From a virus (Duplodnaviria; Caudoviricetes): a stretch of DNA of 51,193 nt. The notes under the pieces were generated by a model. The model ran no database searches. It saw nothing but the letters and a program-made list of their open reading frames with translations, and was not told the origin of the DNA. The stretch covers positions 1-51,193 of IMG/VR virus record IMGVR_UViG_3300035670_000303, one strand, 5' to 3'. Made by a program: the position numbers and the translations under genes. Shown piece by piece: positions 1 through 8,190 of this stretch. Position 1 is the stretch's first letter; each line of letters opens with the position of its first letter.

Positions 1-127
1 CCCTGACCAGCCTGATGATTGTCACCGCGCCGATGGTGGCGTCGGGCTTTGCTGCGGCGCTGCAGCTTCCCTTGTGGGTTGCAGCAGTTCTGCTGCTGCC
101 TGCCTATGCCGTGCTGACTGAGTTCAT
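1..127 (+). repeat. 127-bp exact direct repeat, copy 1
   Basis: Identical to 44257-44383; first mismatch at 128 (C vs T). Confidence 0.95.
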
Positions 128-137
128 CCAGCCGTAG
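15..137 (+). CDS. Small hydrophobic membrane peptide (40 aa, MIVTAPMVASGFAAALQLPLWVAAVLLLPAYAVLTEFIQP)
   Basis: ATG 15 to TAG 137; near-identical copy at 44271-44393 and a paralogue at 46259-46396. Confidence 0.5.
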   Translation: MIVTAPMVASGFAAALQLPLWVAAVLLLPAYAVLTEFIQP

Positions 138-204
138 CCTTGCCCTTGCTGGCCTCGCCATCGCCGCGTGGTTACGCTGCAACCATGTAGCGCAACCGCC
201 AGCC

Positions 205-429
205 GTGTTCGAGACCCTTGCTGCCGCCGGGGTGGTTGCCATGGTGGGATCGCTCTGGCGCCTTTCGGTCGAACACGCCGGGATGCGCGTCACCTTGGAG
301 CAGGGACTGAACTCGGTGCTCAGGGAGTTCCAGGGTCTCCGGCACGACCTCAACAGAGACATCGCCCGAGCCGAAAGCATCCTGGCCGACCACGAAACCC
401 GGATCCGCAAACTGGAGGAGGAGCCATGA
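205..429 (+). CDS. Small N-terminally hydrophobic coiled-coil protein (lysis region)
   Basis: Hydrophobic N-terminus then heptad-like ...DHETRIRKLEE; preceded by a palindrome variant at 176-191. Confidence 0.65.
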   Translation: MFETLAAAGVVAMVGSLWRLSVEHAGMRVTLEQGLNSVLREFQGLRHDLNRDIARAESILADHETRIRKLEEEP

Positions 430-674
430 GAAGCCGCATCACCGGCCACTTCGATGTATCGCTGATCCTCCCAGCCCTGATTGGCCTCATCTACGCCGGC
501 ACCGGCGGGTGGACTGCTGAGCGATGGAACGCTGCCCTGGCGATCATGGGCCTGGGCGCAACCGCAAGAGCAGGATTTGAGCGCGGCTACAACACCTACA
601 ACCCCGACCTGCGCCAGCCTGATCGCCCCCGCGACGAGAAGGGGCGCTTCATCGCAGGCCCCCATGACCGATGA
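426..674 (+). CDS. Putative holin-like membrane protein
   Basis: ATGA overlap with upstream ORF; two hydrophobic segments and a charged C-terminus; near the endolysin. Confidence 0.5.
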   Translation: MRSRITGHFDVSLILPALIGLIYAGTGGWTAERWNAALAIMGLGATARAGFERGYNTYNPDLRQPDRPRDEKGRFIAGPHDR

Positions 675-978
675 CACCCGCATCGTCGCGGACATCGTGG
701 TTGGCGGCCTGCTGGCCCGCTGGCTGGGCGCTGCGCTGCAGCTGATCGCCCTCAAGGCCTTCATTGAGCCGGCAGCTGTGTGGGCCGGCCGCTCGCCCTA
801 CCGCTGGCTCGATCGCCTGCTGGGCGACGTCCTGCCCGATGGCCCGGGAGGCTCAGTAGTCCCAGCGCACCCTGGGGCGCCCCGGCCGGATGCCCACATG
901 CACGAACCCCCGATGGGCGCCGTACCCGAGGCTGTAGGGCCAGTTGGCGTCGCACCACCGCTGGAGCTCGACCACTGA
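664..978 (+). CDS. Hypothetical membrane-associated protein
   Basis: ATG 664 overlaps previous ORF; hydrophobic N-half; 3' end overlaps the convergent endolysin. Confidence 0.4.
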   Translation: MTDDTRIVADIVVGGLLARWLGAALQLIALKAFIEPAAVWAGRSPYRWLDRLLGDVLPDGPGGSVVPAHPGAPRPDAHMHEPPMGAVPEAVGPVGVAPPLELDH

Positions 979-1464
979 CATGCCATCCAGGTAGAAGTCC
1001 ACGGCGCCAGTTTCAGGGGCGTCGTACAGGTGCTCGCTTCGTGATGCGCCGCCCACCTGGGCATTGATCTTTGGCGGCCGGTGGCCAGAGGTGATGATCG
1101 CCGGACGCCGGAAGTGGTCCCTTGCCTTCTGCACAAACTGGCAGAGCACGATCGCGGTGTTGCATTGGTGCTGGCGGGTGAAACGCCTGGCCTCCGACCA
1201 CAGCGTCAACTCGCCATAGGTGACATTGCGGGTGATGCTGTAGCTGAACGGGGATGTCGGCTTGAAACCTTCCACCGGCTCGATCGGCTGGTCTTGATAC
1301 CCAGCCACCCATTCCGCGCTTTCATGCAGCAACCCCTTGTCTGCCTGGCGGATGTGCTGGCCCAGCTTCAATACCGCTGCCTTCTGATGCGGTTCGCCTT
1401 TGTAATGCTCCCAGAAATCCAACCAGCGCTCATCCGTGAGCGGCTTCTTTGTGGTGGGCATCAT
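853..1464 (-). CDS. Endolysin, peptidase M15A family
   Basis: ITSGHR...N..VGGASRSEH...AVDF...GFVHVGIR M15 Zn-peptidase motifs. Confidence 0.88.
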   Translation of the reverse strand: MMPTTKKPLTDERWLDFWEHYKGEPHQKAAVLKLGQHIRQADKGLLHESAEWVAGYQDQPIEPVEGFKPTSPFSYSITRNVTYGELTLWSEARRFTRQHQCNTAIVLCQFVQKARDHFRRPAIITSGHRPPKINAQVGGASRSEHLYDAPETGAVDFYLDGMSVVELQRWCDANWPYSLGYGAHRGFVHVGIRPGRPRVRWDY

Positions 1465-1475
1465 GGGAGCAGAAC

Positions 1476-1491
1476 TCTGCATCCATGCAAC
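1476..1491. promoter_or_regulatory. TCTGCA-N4-TGCAGA family palindrome between divergent endolysin and terS
   Basis: TCTGCA TCCA TGCAAC, 1 nt before the terS GTG; AACTCTGCATCCATGCA also at 13113-13129. Confidence 0.7.
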
Positions 1492-1492
1492 C

Positions 1493-1765
1493 GTGGCTGA
1501 CGCCAACCTGCGAGAGCTCTACGACCGCGGGCACAAGGCCGTGGTCGAGCAGCTGGTCGAAAAGATCGAGAACGGCGATGCAGACGATGGCGACCTGCGG
1601 CTGTTCGCCCAGCTGATGAAGCAGAACAACATCAGCGCCGCACCGATCGAAGGCACCGCCACCGAGGCGATGGCCAGGATGGCCGCCAAGCTCCACACCT
1701 TCGGGGCACTGGAGGAGAAGGCGAAGGTGGTGCCGATCCGCCCGGCACCGCCGGCTAGCGCTTGA
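1493..1765 (+). CDS. terS: Terminase small subunit (T7 gp18-like)
   Basis: ~90 aa helical protein, pattern H..VVEQLVEKIENGDA..GDL....QLMKQNNI typical of cyanopodophage gp18. Confidence 0.65.
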   Translation: MADANLRELYDRGHKAVVEQLVEKIENGDADDGDLRLFAQLMKQNNISAAPIEGTATEAMARMAAKLHTFGALEEKAKVVPIRPAPPASA

Positions 1766-3518
1766 CGCCGCCCACCGCGCCGCTGGCCTTCGGGATGATC
1801 CCCAGGGCCAGTGCATCGAGCTTCGCGCCGGTCTCATCGAACCAAGCCGCCAGGGAGGCCTCCACCAGCTCCTCCTGGCGCCGCTGGGCCACGCGCAGCT
1901 GGTCCTGGGCCGCGGCCTCCACGAAGTGGGCTGCAGCGATCGCCAGGGCGTCGATCCGGTCGTCGTAGAGCAGGCTGCCCCTGTCGGTGGTAATCCGGCT
2001 CAGCTGGAACATCAGCGAGCGTGGGTGGCCGGTGTCCGCATCCCGCTCGGCACCTTCCCAGTCCTTCTGGATCAGCTCGCTGTTCACCACCAGCCGGTGC
2101 TGCTGCACCAGGGGCGCGAGCACGTCAATGATCCGCCGCTCCTTCTGCCCAGCTGACCGTGGGGCCTCCTCGATCGAGCAGGGGTAGATGCGCTGCATCA
2201 CCGGCTGCAGGATCTTGCTGAACATGCCATCGCCGAAGTTCGGCTCAGGGATGACGGCATTGACCTGCCAGCGCTTGGCGATGCCCGCCAGCAGCTCCAG
2301 CACGTCGTCCTCATACCCCCGGGTGGTGCCGCCGCTCTCGAGCACAAACAGGTTGCCGCTGAGCTCGGCCACCACCGCCCAGGACAGTTCATCACTGCCG
2401 CGGCCAGAGGGGTCGATCGCCAGCACGCTGCGCCACTTCTCCGACCTGGGCAGCCAGCCCTGCACCATCATCGGCCGGTGGTAGTAGCGGTCAGCACCCA
2501 GACCCACGCAAGGCAGTTCGTTGATCCGCTGCTCTGCGCCGGATGCCCAGCTGATCACCTCCGGCAGCGCCTTGCCATCCAGCGGCATCACGATCAGGTC
2601 GCCCAGCCGGATCGGGAACTTGTCGAGGGTGCTCAGCCGGCAGTTGAGCATGTACTGCAGCTGCCAGCTGGCCTTGGTGCTGCCGGTCTCCCGCTGGATC
2701 AGCTCGGTGTCGTCAAACCGCTCCGGGTCGGTTGGGCCGCCCACCAGCTGCGGGTTGGTCTCGATCTCCTCCACCATGAGGGGGTCGAGGCAGCCGTCGT
2801 AGACATCGAAGGTGTCCGGCTTGGGGTAGCGGGCCGGCCACATCCGCATCTTGTACCCGCGCTCGCGCACCAGCCGCCAGTACATCGACGTTTCCAGGTG
2901 CGGTGTGCCGCGGAAGCTGATCTGCCGTGGCAGCGGCTGGCCGGCATCCGGCAACAGGATCGACTCGAACTCGGTGGTGGCCGCCCACAACCGCTCCTGC
3001 TTGAGCGGCGTGATCGAGTTGGTGAGGGTCTCGATGTCGTCGGGAATGATCATCGTGGCCCGCTTGCCGGTCAGCGACGGGCTGAGGATCCCGCACGCCC
3101 GCACCGATGGCGCACCATCGCCGCCGATGATCGCCGGGCCCACGTCGAACGCCAGGACGGACTGCCGCTGGTTCTCCTTGGGCTGGAGGCACTGCAGCAG
3201 GTCGATCTCCCGGATGCACCGGGCCATGAAGGTGGTGATCTCCTCGGCCTTGGTTTCGGTGGCGCCAGGAATCAGGATCTTCTCGCCCTCAGGGTCAATC
3301 CGCAGCCGGTGCAATGCCCGGGCGCCGCTGATGGTGGATTTGGCGATGCCACGAAAGCCAACCGTCACCGTGCGGTTGGGGCCCACCTCGTCCCATTCAC
3401 AGATGCGCAGCTGCTGCTTGGTGGGTTCATCCGCTAGACCCAGCTCGCGGAGGATGTAGCAGAAGAAGTAGGCGAACCGGCCGATGCCCAGTTCAGGTGG
3501 GATGGGGTAGACGCTCAT
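1755..3518 (-). CDS. terL: Terminase large subunit (T7 gp19-like)
   Basis: GFRGIAKST Walker A, LTGKRA...IIPDDIE Walker B, AIDPSGRGSDE nuclease motif, DDRIDALA. Confidence 0.95.
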   Translation of the reverse strand: MSVYPIPPELGIGRFAYFFCYILRELGLADEPTKQQLRICEWDEVGPNRTVTVGFRGIAKSTISGARALHRLRIDPEGEKILIPGATETKAEEITTFMARCIREIDLLQCLQPKENQRQSVLAFDVGPAIIGGDGAPSVRACGILSPSLTGKRATMIIPDDIETLTNSITPLKQERLWAATTEFESILLPDAGQPLPRQISFRGTPHLETSMYWRLVRERGYKMRMWPARYPKPDTFDVYDGCLDPLMVEEIETNPQLVGGPTDPERFDDTELIQRETGSTKASWQLQYMLNCRLSTLDKFPIRLGDLIVMPLDGKALPEVISWASGAEQRINELPCVGLGADRYYHRPMMVQGWLPRSEKWRSVLAIDPSGRGSDELSWAVVAELSGNLFVLESGGTTRGYEDDVLELLAGIAKRWQVNAVIPEPNFGDGMFSKILQPVMQRIYPCSIEEAPRSAGQKERRIIDVLAPLVQQHRLVVNSELIQKDWEGAERDADTGHPRSLMFQLSRITTDRGSLLYDDRIDALAIAAAHFVEAAAQDQLRVAQRRQEELVEASLAAWFDETGAKLDALALGIIPKASGAVGGVKR

Positions 3519-3522
3519 GCAG

Positions 3523-3553
3523 AGAGCCCCCCTGCCGAAACAGAGGGGCCCTC
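3523..3553 (-). promoter_or_regulatory. UUCG-capped hairpin immediately 5' of terL
   Basis: Minus strand GAGGGCCCCTCTG-T-TTCG-G-CAGGGGGGCTCTC ending a few nt before the ATG. Confidence 0.5.
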
Positions 3554-3645
3554 ACACCACCACCGACCTTTGGCTTGGGCGTTCACCGCTGCCATCAAGC
3601 CGGTAGTCCCCCGGGAACCACCCCAGCAGGTCATCACAGGGTAGC

Positions 3646-3969
3646 TCAGCTGCCGTAACCGAGTTCGACCCAGATCCCTTCGTGCGCCAGGACTTTCTCC
3701 ATCAGCTCGTTCTTGGTGAAGTCGTCAGGGTTCACCGTTTCCCCCCAGGTTGTCTCCAGCAGTGCAGCGATGTCGGCCTTAAGCAGTGCCGTCAACGCCG
3801 CGATGCGGGCGTTCAGCAGATCAACGATCGGGGACAGGTGGGTGGTGATGTTCAGGTCCACAATCCGTTCCCAGATGCGCCACAGCGGCACCACGGAGCC
3901 GGAGAACAGGCTGAGGTCCCTGCGCACGGAGCTGTCCAGCCAGACATTCATCGAGCGGGCCTGGGACAC
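3646..3969 (-). CDS. Hypothetical protein with small helical C-terminal domain
   Basis: GTG start 1 nt after palindrome CCTGCA GGGG TGCAGC (3971-3986), the same spacing as terS. Confidence 0.55.
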   Translation of the reverse strand: MSQARSMNVWLDSSVRRDLSLFSGSVVPLWRIWERIVDLNITTHLSPIVDLLNARIAALTALLKADIAALLETTWGETVNPDDFTKNELMEKVLAHEGIWVELGYGS

Positions 3970-3997
3970 GGCTGCACCCCTGCAGGACAGCTACAGG

Positions 3998-4393
3998 CTA
4001 CTCCGGGTCGCGGACGACATCCAGGGCTTCATCGAACTGCTGGAACAGGTGGCCGCGGCGTTGCGGGCTGCCCACTGAGGCCAGGCGGGGGTTGATGAGG
4101 AAGTAGCGGCTGCCGGAGGACTTGTCCACGGCGCGGGCGATCAGCTTCTCCTGTCGCAGCCGTCTGATGGACAGGCAGATGTTTGAGCTGGAGACGTTGA
4201 TCTGCTCGGCCAGGGCCTTCTGGGTGACGTTGACGCGACCGCTGCGCCAGTTCATGTGACCGAGAAGGATCAGCAGGACGGCCAGGTCACGGGGCTCCAG
4301 CCGCTTGTCGGCCAGGGCGCCTGCTGCAGCGGAGACGAGTTCTTCGACAAACAGCATGACGAAGTTTTCCGAGCCATTTTCTCTGGGCTTCAT
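3998..4393 (-). CDS. RepL-like winged-helix DNA-binding protein
   Basis: VLLILLGHMNW...VTQKALAEQINVSSSNICLSIRRL...YFLINP...G pattern of plasmid RepL/wHTH proteins. Confidence 0.65.
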   Translation of the reverse strand: MKPRENGSENFVMLFVEELVSAAAGALADKRLEPRDLAVLLILLGHMNWRSGRVNVTQKALAEQINVSSSNICLSIRRLRQEKLIARAVDKSSGSRYFLINPRLASVGSPQRRGHLFQQFDEALDVVRDPE

Positions 4394-4434
4394 TGTGAGG
4401 CGCGAATGGTGGGAGAAAGCAAGGTTCCCGCTAG

Positions 4435-4460
4435 TAGGTGACACCTAGGCGATCCCTAGG
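4435..4460. promoter_or_regulatory. Phased (CC)TAGG-N5-CCTAGG-N5-CCTAGG operator-like site
   Basis: 11-bp periodic CCTAGG; similar at 9043-9060 and 13066-13095. Confidence 0.6.
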
Positions 4461-4479
4461 GAATAACGAACTCAGCAGT

Positions 4480-4492
4480 GGTACAAATGTTC
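4480..4492. promoter_or_regulatory. Cyanobacterial LexA-box-like site
   Basis: GGTACAAATGTTC versus consensus RGTAC-NNN-DGTWC. Confidence 0.5.
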
Positions 4493-4903
4493 AGCCCAGT
4501 CATACCAAGGGATCTGCTCTCGATAAAGTGAATGTCGATTTACTTTAGCCCCCAAGCACCCCAGTCCACCACTGACGATCCGAGATTCAGTCTGATCTCT
4601 TACTGGAGACCCAAAGCAGATTCACAACCCGGGGGAAAGAAGGGGGAAAGAAGGACAGAGGGCCACTCCCACCACGCTGCCTCCCACCCCACCTCCAGCC
4701 GGGCTGCCACCCTGCCACGACCACACCACCATCGCCACCCACGCCCGCCTTCCGGTGGGGTGGCACCACCTCCCTGGTATCTCCGCACCCCAGCGGACCC
4801 GCAGCCGCCTTCCTGGGCCGCCTGGCCCCCTCCTGTGCATCGCTGCAGACCACCCGCCCCCGGGTTGATCGCTGCAGATCCGGCGTCATCCGGCCCAGAC
4901 CGT

Positions 4904-4963
4904 TTTGGGGTCGCGTCATCTAGTGGGGTCCCAATTTGGGGTCGCGTCATCTGGTGGGGTCCC
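4904..4963 (+). repeat. Tandem 29-bp direct repeat, 31-bp period, in the probable genome-end/origin region
   Basis: TTTGGGGTCGCGTCATCT(A/G)GTGGGGTCCC at 4904-4932 and 4935-4963. Confidence 0.85.
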
Positions 4964-5180
4964 CCACGCGAGGCGCAGCTGCTTCCCCCCTATGGGGGCC
5001 GCTCTGCTGCCCCTGGGGCCGCCGGTGGCTGCCCTGGTGCTGCCTGCCTGCCCTGCCTGCGGCTGCTGCGCACCCTGGGGCCTGCCCGGCCAGTGCTGGT
5101 GGGCCACTGCTGCGGATGCGTGATCCGCTGCGCCGGGCTGGTGGGGTGATGCCGGGGCAGCTGGGGTAACTGGTCCGCTC

Positions 5181-5309
5181 TTTTTTGAGAATGGTTCCCA
5201 TTCCTATTCTTACTGTTACGAATTGTTACAGGTATGCACGCGCCCGCTTGGGACACGAATCAACCACGCACCAAAGCGGGCAGACTGTGGACATCTGCAG
5301 TGATGCAGA
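5181..5309 (+). promoter_or_regulatory. AT-rich early promoter region with HLR1-like repeat and perfect palindrome
   Basis: AT-rich island; GTTACGAA-TT-GTTACAGG 5215-5232; TCTGCAGTGATGCAGA 5294-5309 before the first early ORF. Confidence 0.5.
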
Positions 5310-5335
5310 CCACCACCACCGAACCTGGACAACCG

Positions 5336-5569
5336 ATGACCACGACGACCACGCCGGCGCCGCTTGCGGACGCTGGCGAGACGATGCAGCGGCTGGCGTT
5401 CTGCCTGACCGCTGCAGTAGTGGCAGGCCGCTGCCACCAGTCGCAGGCCGACCAAGCGCTGAGCCGATGGCTGATGCGCCCGGTCGAAGCCTCAGGGCTG
5501 ATGGAGCAGTTCGCCCACGTCAGCGCCGCCCACCGCGGGCTAATGCTGATCCGCTGGAGGCCTTCATGA
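5336..5569 (+). CDS. Early hypothetical protein
   Basis: ATG after CAC-rich leader; coupled to next ORF. Confidence 0.55.
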   Translation: MTTTTTPAPLADAGETMQRLAFCLTAAVVAGRCHQSQADQALSRWLMRPVEASGLMEQFAHVSAAHRGLMLIRWRPS

Positions 5570-5703
5570 CCCGCAGCACAGCCGCCGCCCTGGTGCTGGC
5601 GGTGCTGGGGATGGCAGCCGCCGCCCTGGTGCCGCCGGTGCCAGAGCTGCCCGGGGAAGCCCGGCCAGCAACGCCGCACCACTGGCAGCACGCCAGCCAC
5701 TGA
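5566..5703 (+). CDS. Small early protein with signal/TM segment
   Basis: ATGA overlap; MTRSTAAALVLAVLGMAAAALV. Confidence 0.5.
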   Translation: MTRSTAAALVLAVLGMAAAALVPPVPELPGEARPATPHHWQHASH

Positions 5704-5706
5704 CGA

Positions 5707-5778
5707 CAGCCCGGAGGGGGCCCGGTGCCCTCTCCCTGCTGCCCTCAGCAGCACACCACCACCACCACCGACCGACCG
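5707..5778 (+). promoter_or_regulatory. Double-hairpin plus (CAC)n intergenic element, copy 1
   Basis: CAGCCCGGAGGG..CTCCCTGCTG..CAGCA..(CAC)n; other copies at 7171 and 8191. Confidence 0.75.
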
Positions 5779-5967
5779 ATGACCACGACACTTGCCGCCC
5801 TGGTGCTCGCCCTTCTCCTGTTGCCCTTGCTGGTCCTGTTGTGGGCCACCGAAAGCCGGCAGCAACGAGCCCGCCGGATGCGGGGATACGGGATGACTCA
5901 GCAGGCAATCGCAACCCGGCTGGGCTGCAGCCGCACCACGGTGCGCCGACTGCTCGCCGCGGCCTGA
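5779..5967 (+). CDS. Membrane-anchored HTH protein
   Basis: N-terminal TM LAALVLALLLLPLLVLLW followed by GMTQQAIATRLGCSRTTVRRLL HTH. Confidence 0.75.
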   Translation: MTTTLAALVLALLLLPLLVLLWATESRQQRARRMRGYGMTQQAIATRLGCSRTTVRRLLAAA

Positions 5968-6000
5968 TCACCACACCACCAACACCACCACCGACGACCG

Positions 6001-6363
6001 ATGACAACGACAACCGCAAAGACCAAGACCGAGGAGCTCGCCGCTGTGCGGGCCCTGGCCGACCAACTGGGCCCTAACAGCTACCTGGGCCCTTGGCTGC
6101 GCGACGCCCTGCCCTGGCTCGCTGATCAGCTCCGCTGTGACCTGATGCCCCAGCGGGCCCAAACCATGGTTGAGGAGGCAGCCCGCCTGAGGGCCGATGC
6201 CTGCACCGATGCCATAGCCATCCGCAACCAGGCCCACAACGAAGCCCGCCAGACCCGCGAGGAGGTCGAGGCATGGGCAGGCAAGCGGACGGAAGAAGTG
6301 AGCGCCATCACCGGCCGCGCATGGGACGCCCTGCGGCTGGCCATGAAGGAGCTCGAACGATGA
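6001..6363 (+). CDS. Early hypothetical protein (coiled-coil C-terminus)
   Basis: CAC-rich leader, good codon bias. Confidence 0.7.
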   Translation: MTTTTAKTKTEELAAVRALADQLGPNSYLGPWLRDALPWLADQLRCDLMPQRAQTMVEEAARLRADACTDAIAIRNQAHNEARQTREEVEAWAGKRTEEVSAITGRAWDALRLAMKELER

Positions 6364-6536
6364 AACAGCACCGATACCACCAGGGGGCCCTAGCGGTCCC
6401 CTCCGCACAACCCCGCGACTACAGCCCGCCCGAGCTTGAGCTAGCCGGCCCGCAACAGGGCTGGTTGGCCCTCGATGGCGGCGCCCTGGGTCCGCTGTTC
6501 AACGACCACACCACCACCACCGAACCCGACCGATGA
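6360..6536 (+). CDS. Early hypothetical protein
   Basis: ATGA-coupled at both ends. Confidence 0.45.
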   Translation: MKQHRYHQGALAVPSAQPRDYSPPELELAGPQQGWLALDGGALGPLFNDHTTTTEPDR

Positions 6537-6712
6537 CCCACGCCACAGCGCAACGCTGGCGACTGGTCAGCTACCACCCGACATGGGGCAGCGACTGGCG
6601 CCACTTCGCCACCTACTACGAGGCAGTGCAGGCCCGCGCCCGGCTGCTGGCCCTGCCGTCCGACGGCACCGGCTACACGATCGAGCCCTGCCAGCCGGAA
6701 GGGGACCGATGA
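6533..6712 (+). CDS. Early hypothetical protein (59 aa, MTHATAQRWRLVSYHPTWGS...)
   Basis: CAC leader then ATG 6533; ATGA-coupled to next; below the ORF-track cutoff. Confidence 0.6.
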   Translation: MTHATAQRWRLVSYHPTWGSDWRHFATYYEAVQARARLLALPSDGTGYTIEPCQPEGDR

Positions 6713-6879
6713 CCCGCACCTATCCGCAGTGGTGCCGCTCCCTGTATTGCGGGGAGACGGCCTGCCCCGCTGGCTGCCCACACCTGCCCGAGCTGCAGGA
6801 GTTCAAGGCTTGGCAGCGGCGCACCAACGCGCACCAGCCGGACCCGATCTGGAGCCCGACCATCTGGCAGGAGGCCTGA
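6709..6879 (+). CDS. Small Cys-rich early protein
   Basis: C-x4-C-x4-C-x3-C pattern; ATGA overlap. Confidence 0.55.
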   Translation: MTRTYPQWCRSLYCGETACPAGCPHLPELQEFKAWQRRTNAHQPDPIWSPTIWQEA

Positions 6880-6882
6880 ACA

Positions 6883-7167
6883 ATGCCCATCAACGACCTA
6901 TCGGACCCATGCGCTCAGGCGCTGCTGCGCAGCCGGGAACCCAAGCCGAACCCATGGCCCGGCAACCCCAACGCCTATGAGTGCCCCTGGGGCTGCAACG
7001 GGACCGGCTACATGCCGTGGTTCAGCCATATCGAAGGCGGAGTTTGTTTCCGCTGCCACGGGACCGGCTGGATTCTTGGCCGCGGCCACCAGCCCGCACC
7101 GATCAAGCGGGGCAACACCAGCCGCGCCAAATGGCGCAAGGAAGCCGGCCGGATCGTGCCGGCATGA
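6883..7167 (+). CDS. Small zinc-finger protein (DnaJ-type CxxCxGxG repeats)
   Basis: CPWGCNGTG...CFRCHGTG. Confidence 0.7.
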   Translation: MPINDLSDPCAQALLRSREPKPNPWPGNPNAYECPWGCNGTGYMPWFSHIEGGVCFRCHGTGWILGRGHQPAPIKRGNTSRAKWRKEAGRIVPA

Positions 7168-7170
7168 CAC

Positions 7171-7236
7171 CAGCCCGGAGGGGGTGCGCTCCCTCCCTGC
7201 TGGTCTCACCAGCAACACCACCACCACCACCGACCG
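7171..7236 (+). promoter_or_regulatory. Double-hairpin plus (CAC)n intergenic element, copy 2
   Basis: GGAGGGGG-TGCG-CTCCCTCC and TGCTGGT-CTC-ACCAGCA, then CAC repeats to the ardC ATG. Confidence 0.75.
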
Positions 7237-8187
7237 ATGACCAAGACCGCAACCAAGACCAAGCCCAAGACCCGCAAGCCCTACGACGGGCCCACCCCAG
7301 AGGAGAAGCTGGCCGCCGATCTCATCGCCCTGATGGAGCAGGGCATCAACCCATGGCGCCGGCCCTGGGTTGGCTTCAACGGCGAGCACCGCAACCTTCT
7401 GACCGGCCACCAGTACCGCGGGGGCAATCCGCTCCTGTTGGAGGTCGGCAACCTCAGCCGGGGCAACACGCTGCCCCTGTGGATGGGTGCCGGCCAGGCC
7501 AAGGCCAACGGCTGGATGCCAGCCAAGGGCAGCAAGGCCGCCCGCATCGCTCAGCCGCGGCCCGTGAAGTTCGAGGACCCCGACAAGGAGCCCGGCGAGA
7601 TCAGCAGCAGGGACAAAAACTTCATCGTCTATGGGCTGGTGCCCGTGTTCAATGCCGCCGACCTGGTGGGCGTTGACGAGGACAGCGCCGCGGCCCTGGC
7701 CCGCCGCATCGACGAGGCGACCGGGAAGGTCGATCACCGGCCCGAGCCAGAGCGTCTCGCGCACGCCGAGGACGTGTTGCAGGCCTGGCCCGTGGAGGCC
7801 CGCACCGGCGGCACCCTGGCCTGTTACAGCCCGGCGCTGGATCGAATCTCCCTGCCCGAGCCGCGGGCGTTCGACAGCCGCGAGCACTTCGCCGCGACCT
7901 GGGCCCATGAAGCGATCCACAGCACCGGCCATAGGGACCGGCTGGCCCGCGACCTGTCGGGCAAGTTCGGCACACCCGCCTACGCCCGGGAGGAGCTTAT
8001 TGCCGAAATGGGCAGCGCGATTCTCTGCCGCCGGCTGCAGATCGGCTCAGAGCTCAAGGACCATGCCGACTACCTGGGCGGCTGGTGTCAGATCCTGCGC
8101 GAGGACCCGCGGGCTGTGCTCAAGGCCCTGGGCGCTGCCAAGAAGGCCGCCGATCTGATTGCCCCCGAAGCGATCGAGGAGGCGTGA
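7237..8187 (+). CDS. ardC: ArdC-family antirestriction ssDNA-binding protein (DUF1738 plus zincin-like domain)
   Basis: PWRRPW...N..TG..YRG.N, VFNA, HEAIHSTGH..RL.R, YAREELIAEMGSA. Confidence 0.92.
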   Translation: MTKTATKTKPKTRKPYDGPTPEEKLAADLIALMEQGINPWRRPWVGFNGEHRNLLTGHQYRGGNPLLLEVGNLSRGNTLPLWMGAGQAKANGWMPAKGSKAARIAQPRPVKFEDPDKEPGEISSRDKNFIVYGLVPVFNAADLVGVDEDSAAALARRIDEATGKVDHRPEPERLAHAEDVLQAWPVEARTGGTLACYSPALDRISLPEPRAFDSREHFAATWAHEAIHSTGHRDRLARDLSGKFGTPAYAREELIAEMGSAILCRRLQIGSELKDHADYLGGWCQILREDPRAVLKALGAAKKAADLIAPEAIEEA

Positions 8188-8190
8188 TCC

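Noticed and set aside
1-127. attL/attR pair or T7-type terminal repeat
   Set aside because: Lies in a small ORF in the late region, far from int/attP and from the expected genome ends; length equals a common assembler k-mer
4532-5256. Several overlapping ORFs (e.g. 4532-5149)
   Set aside because: Low-complexity Pro/Arg/Ala translations without codon bias; better explained as a non-coding end/origin region
5707-5778. Intrinsic terminator or hammerhead ribozyme reading of the repeated hairpins
   Set aside because: No U-tract, and no CUGANGA/GAAA core
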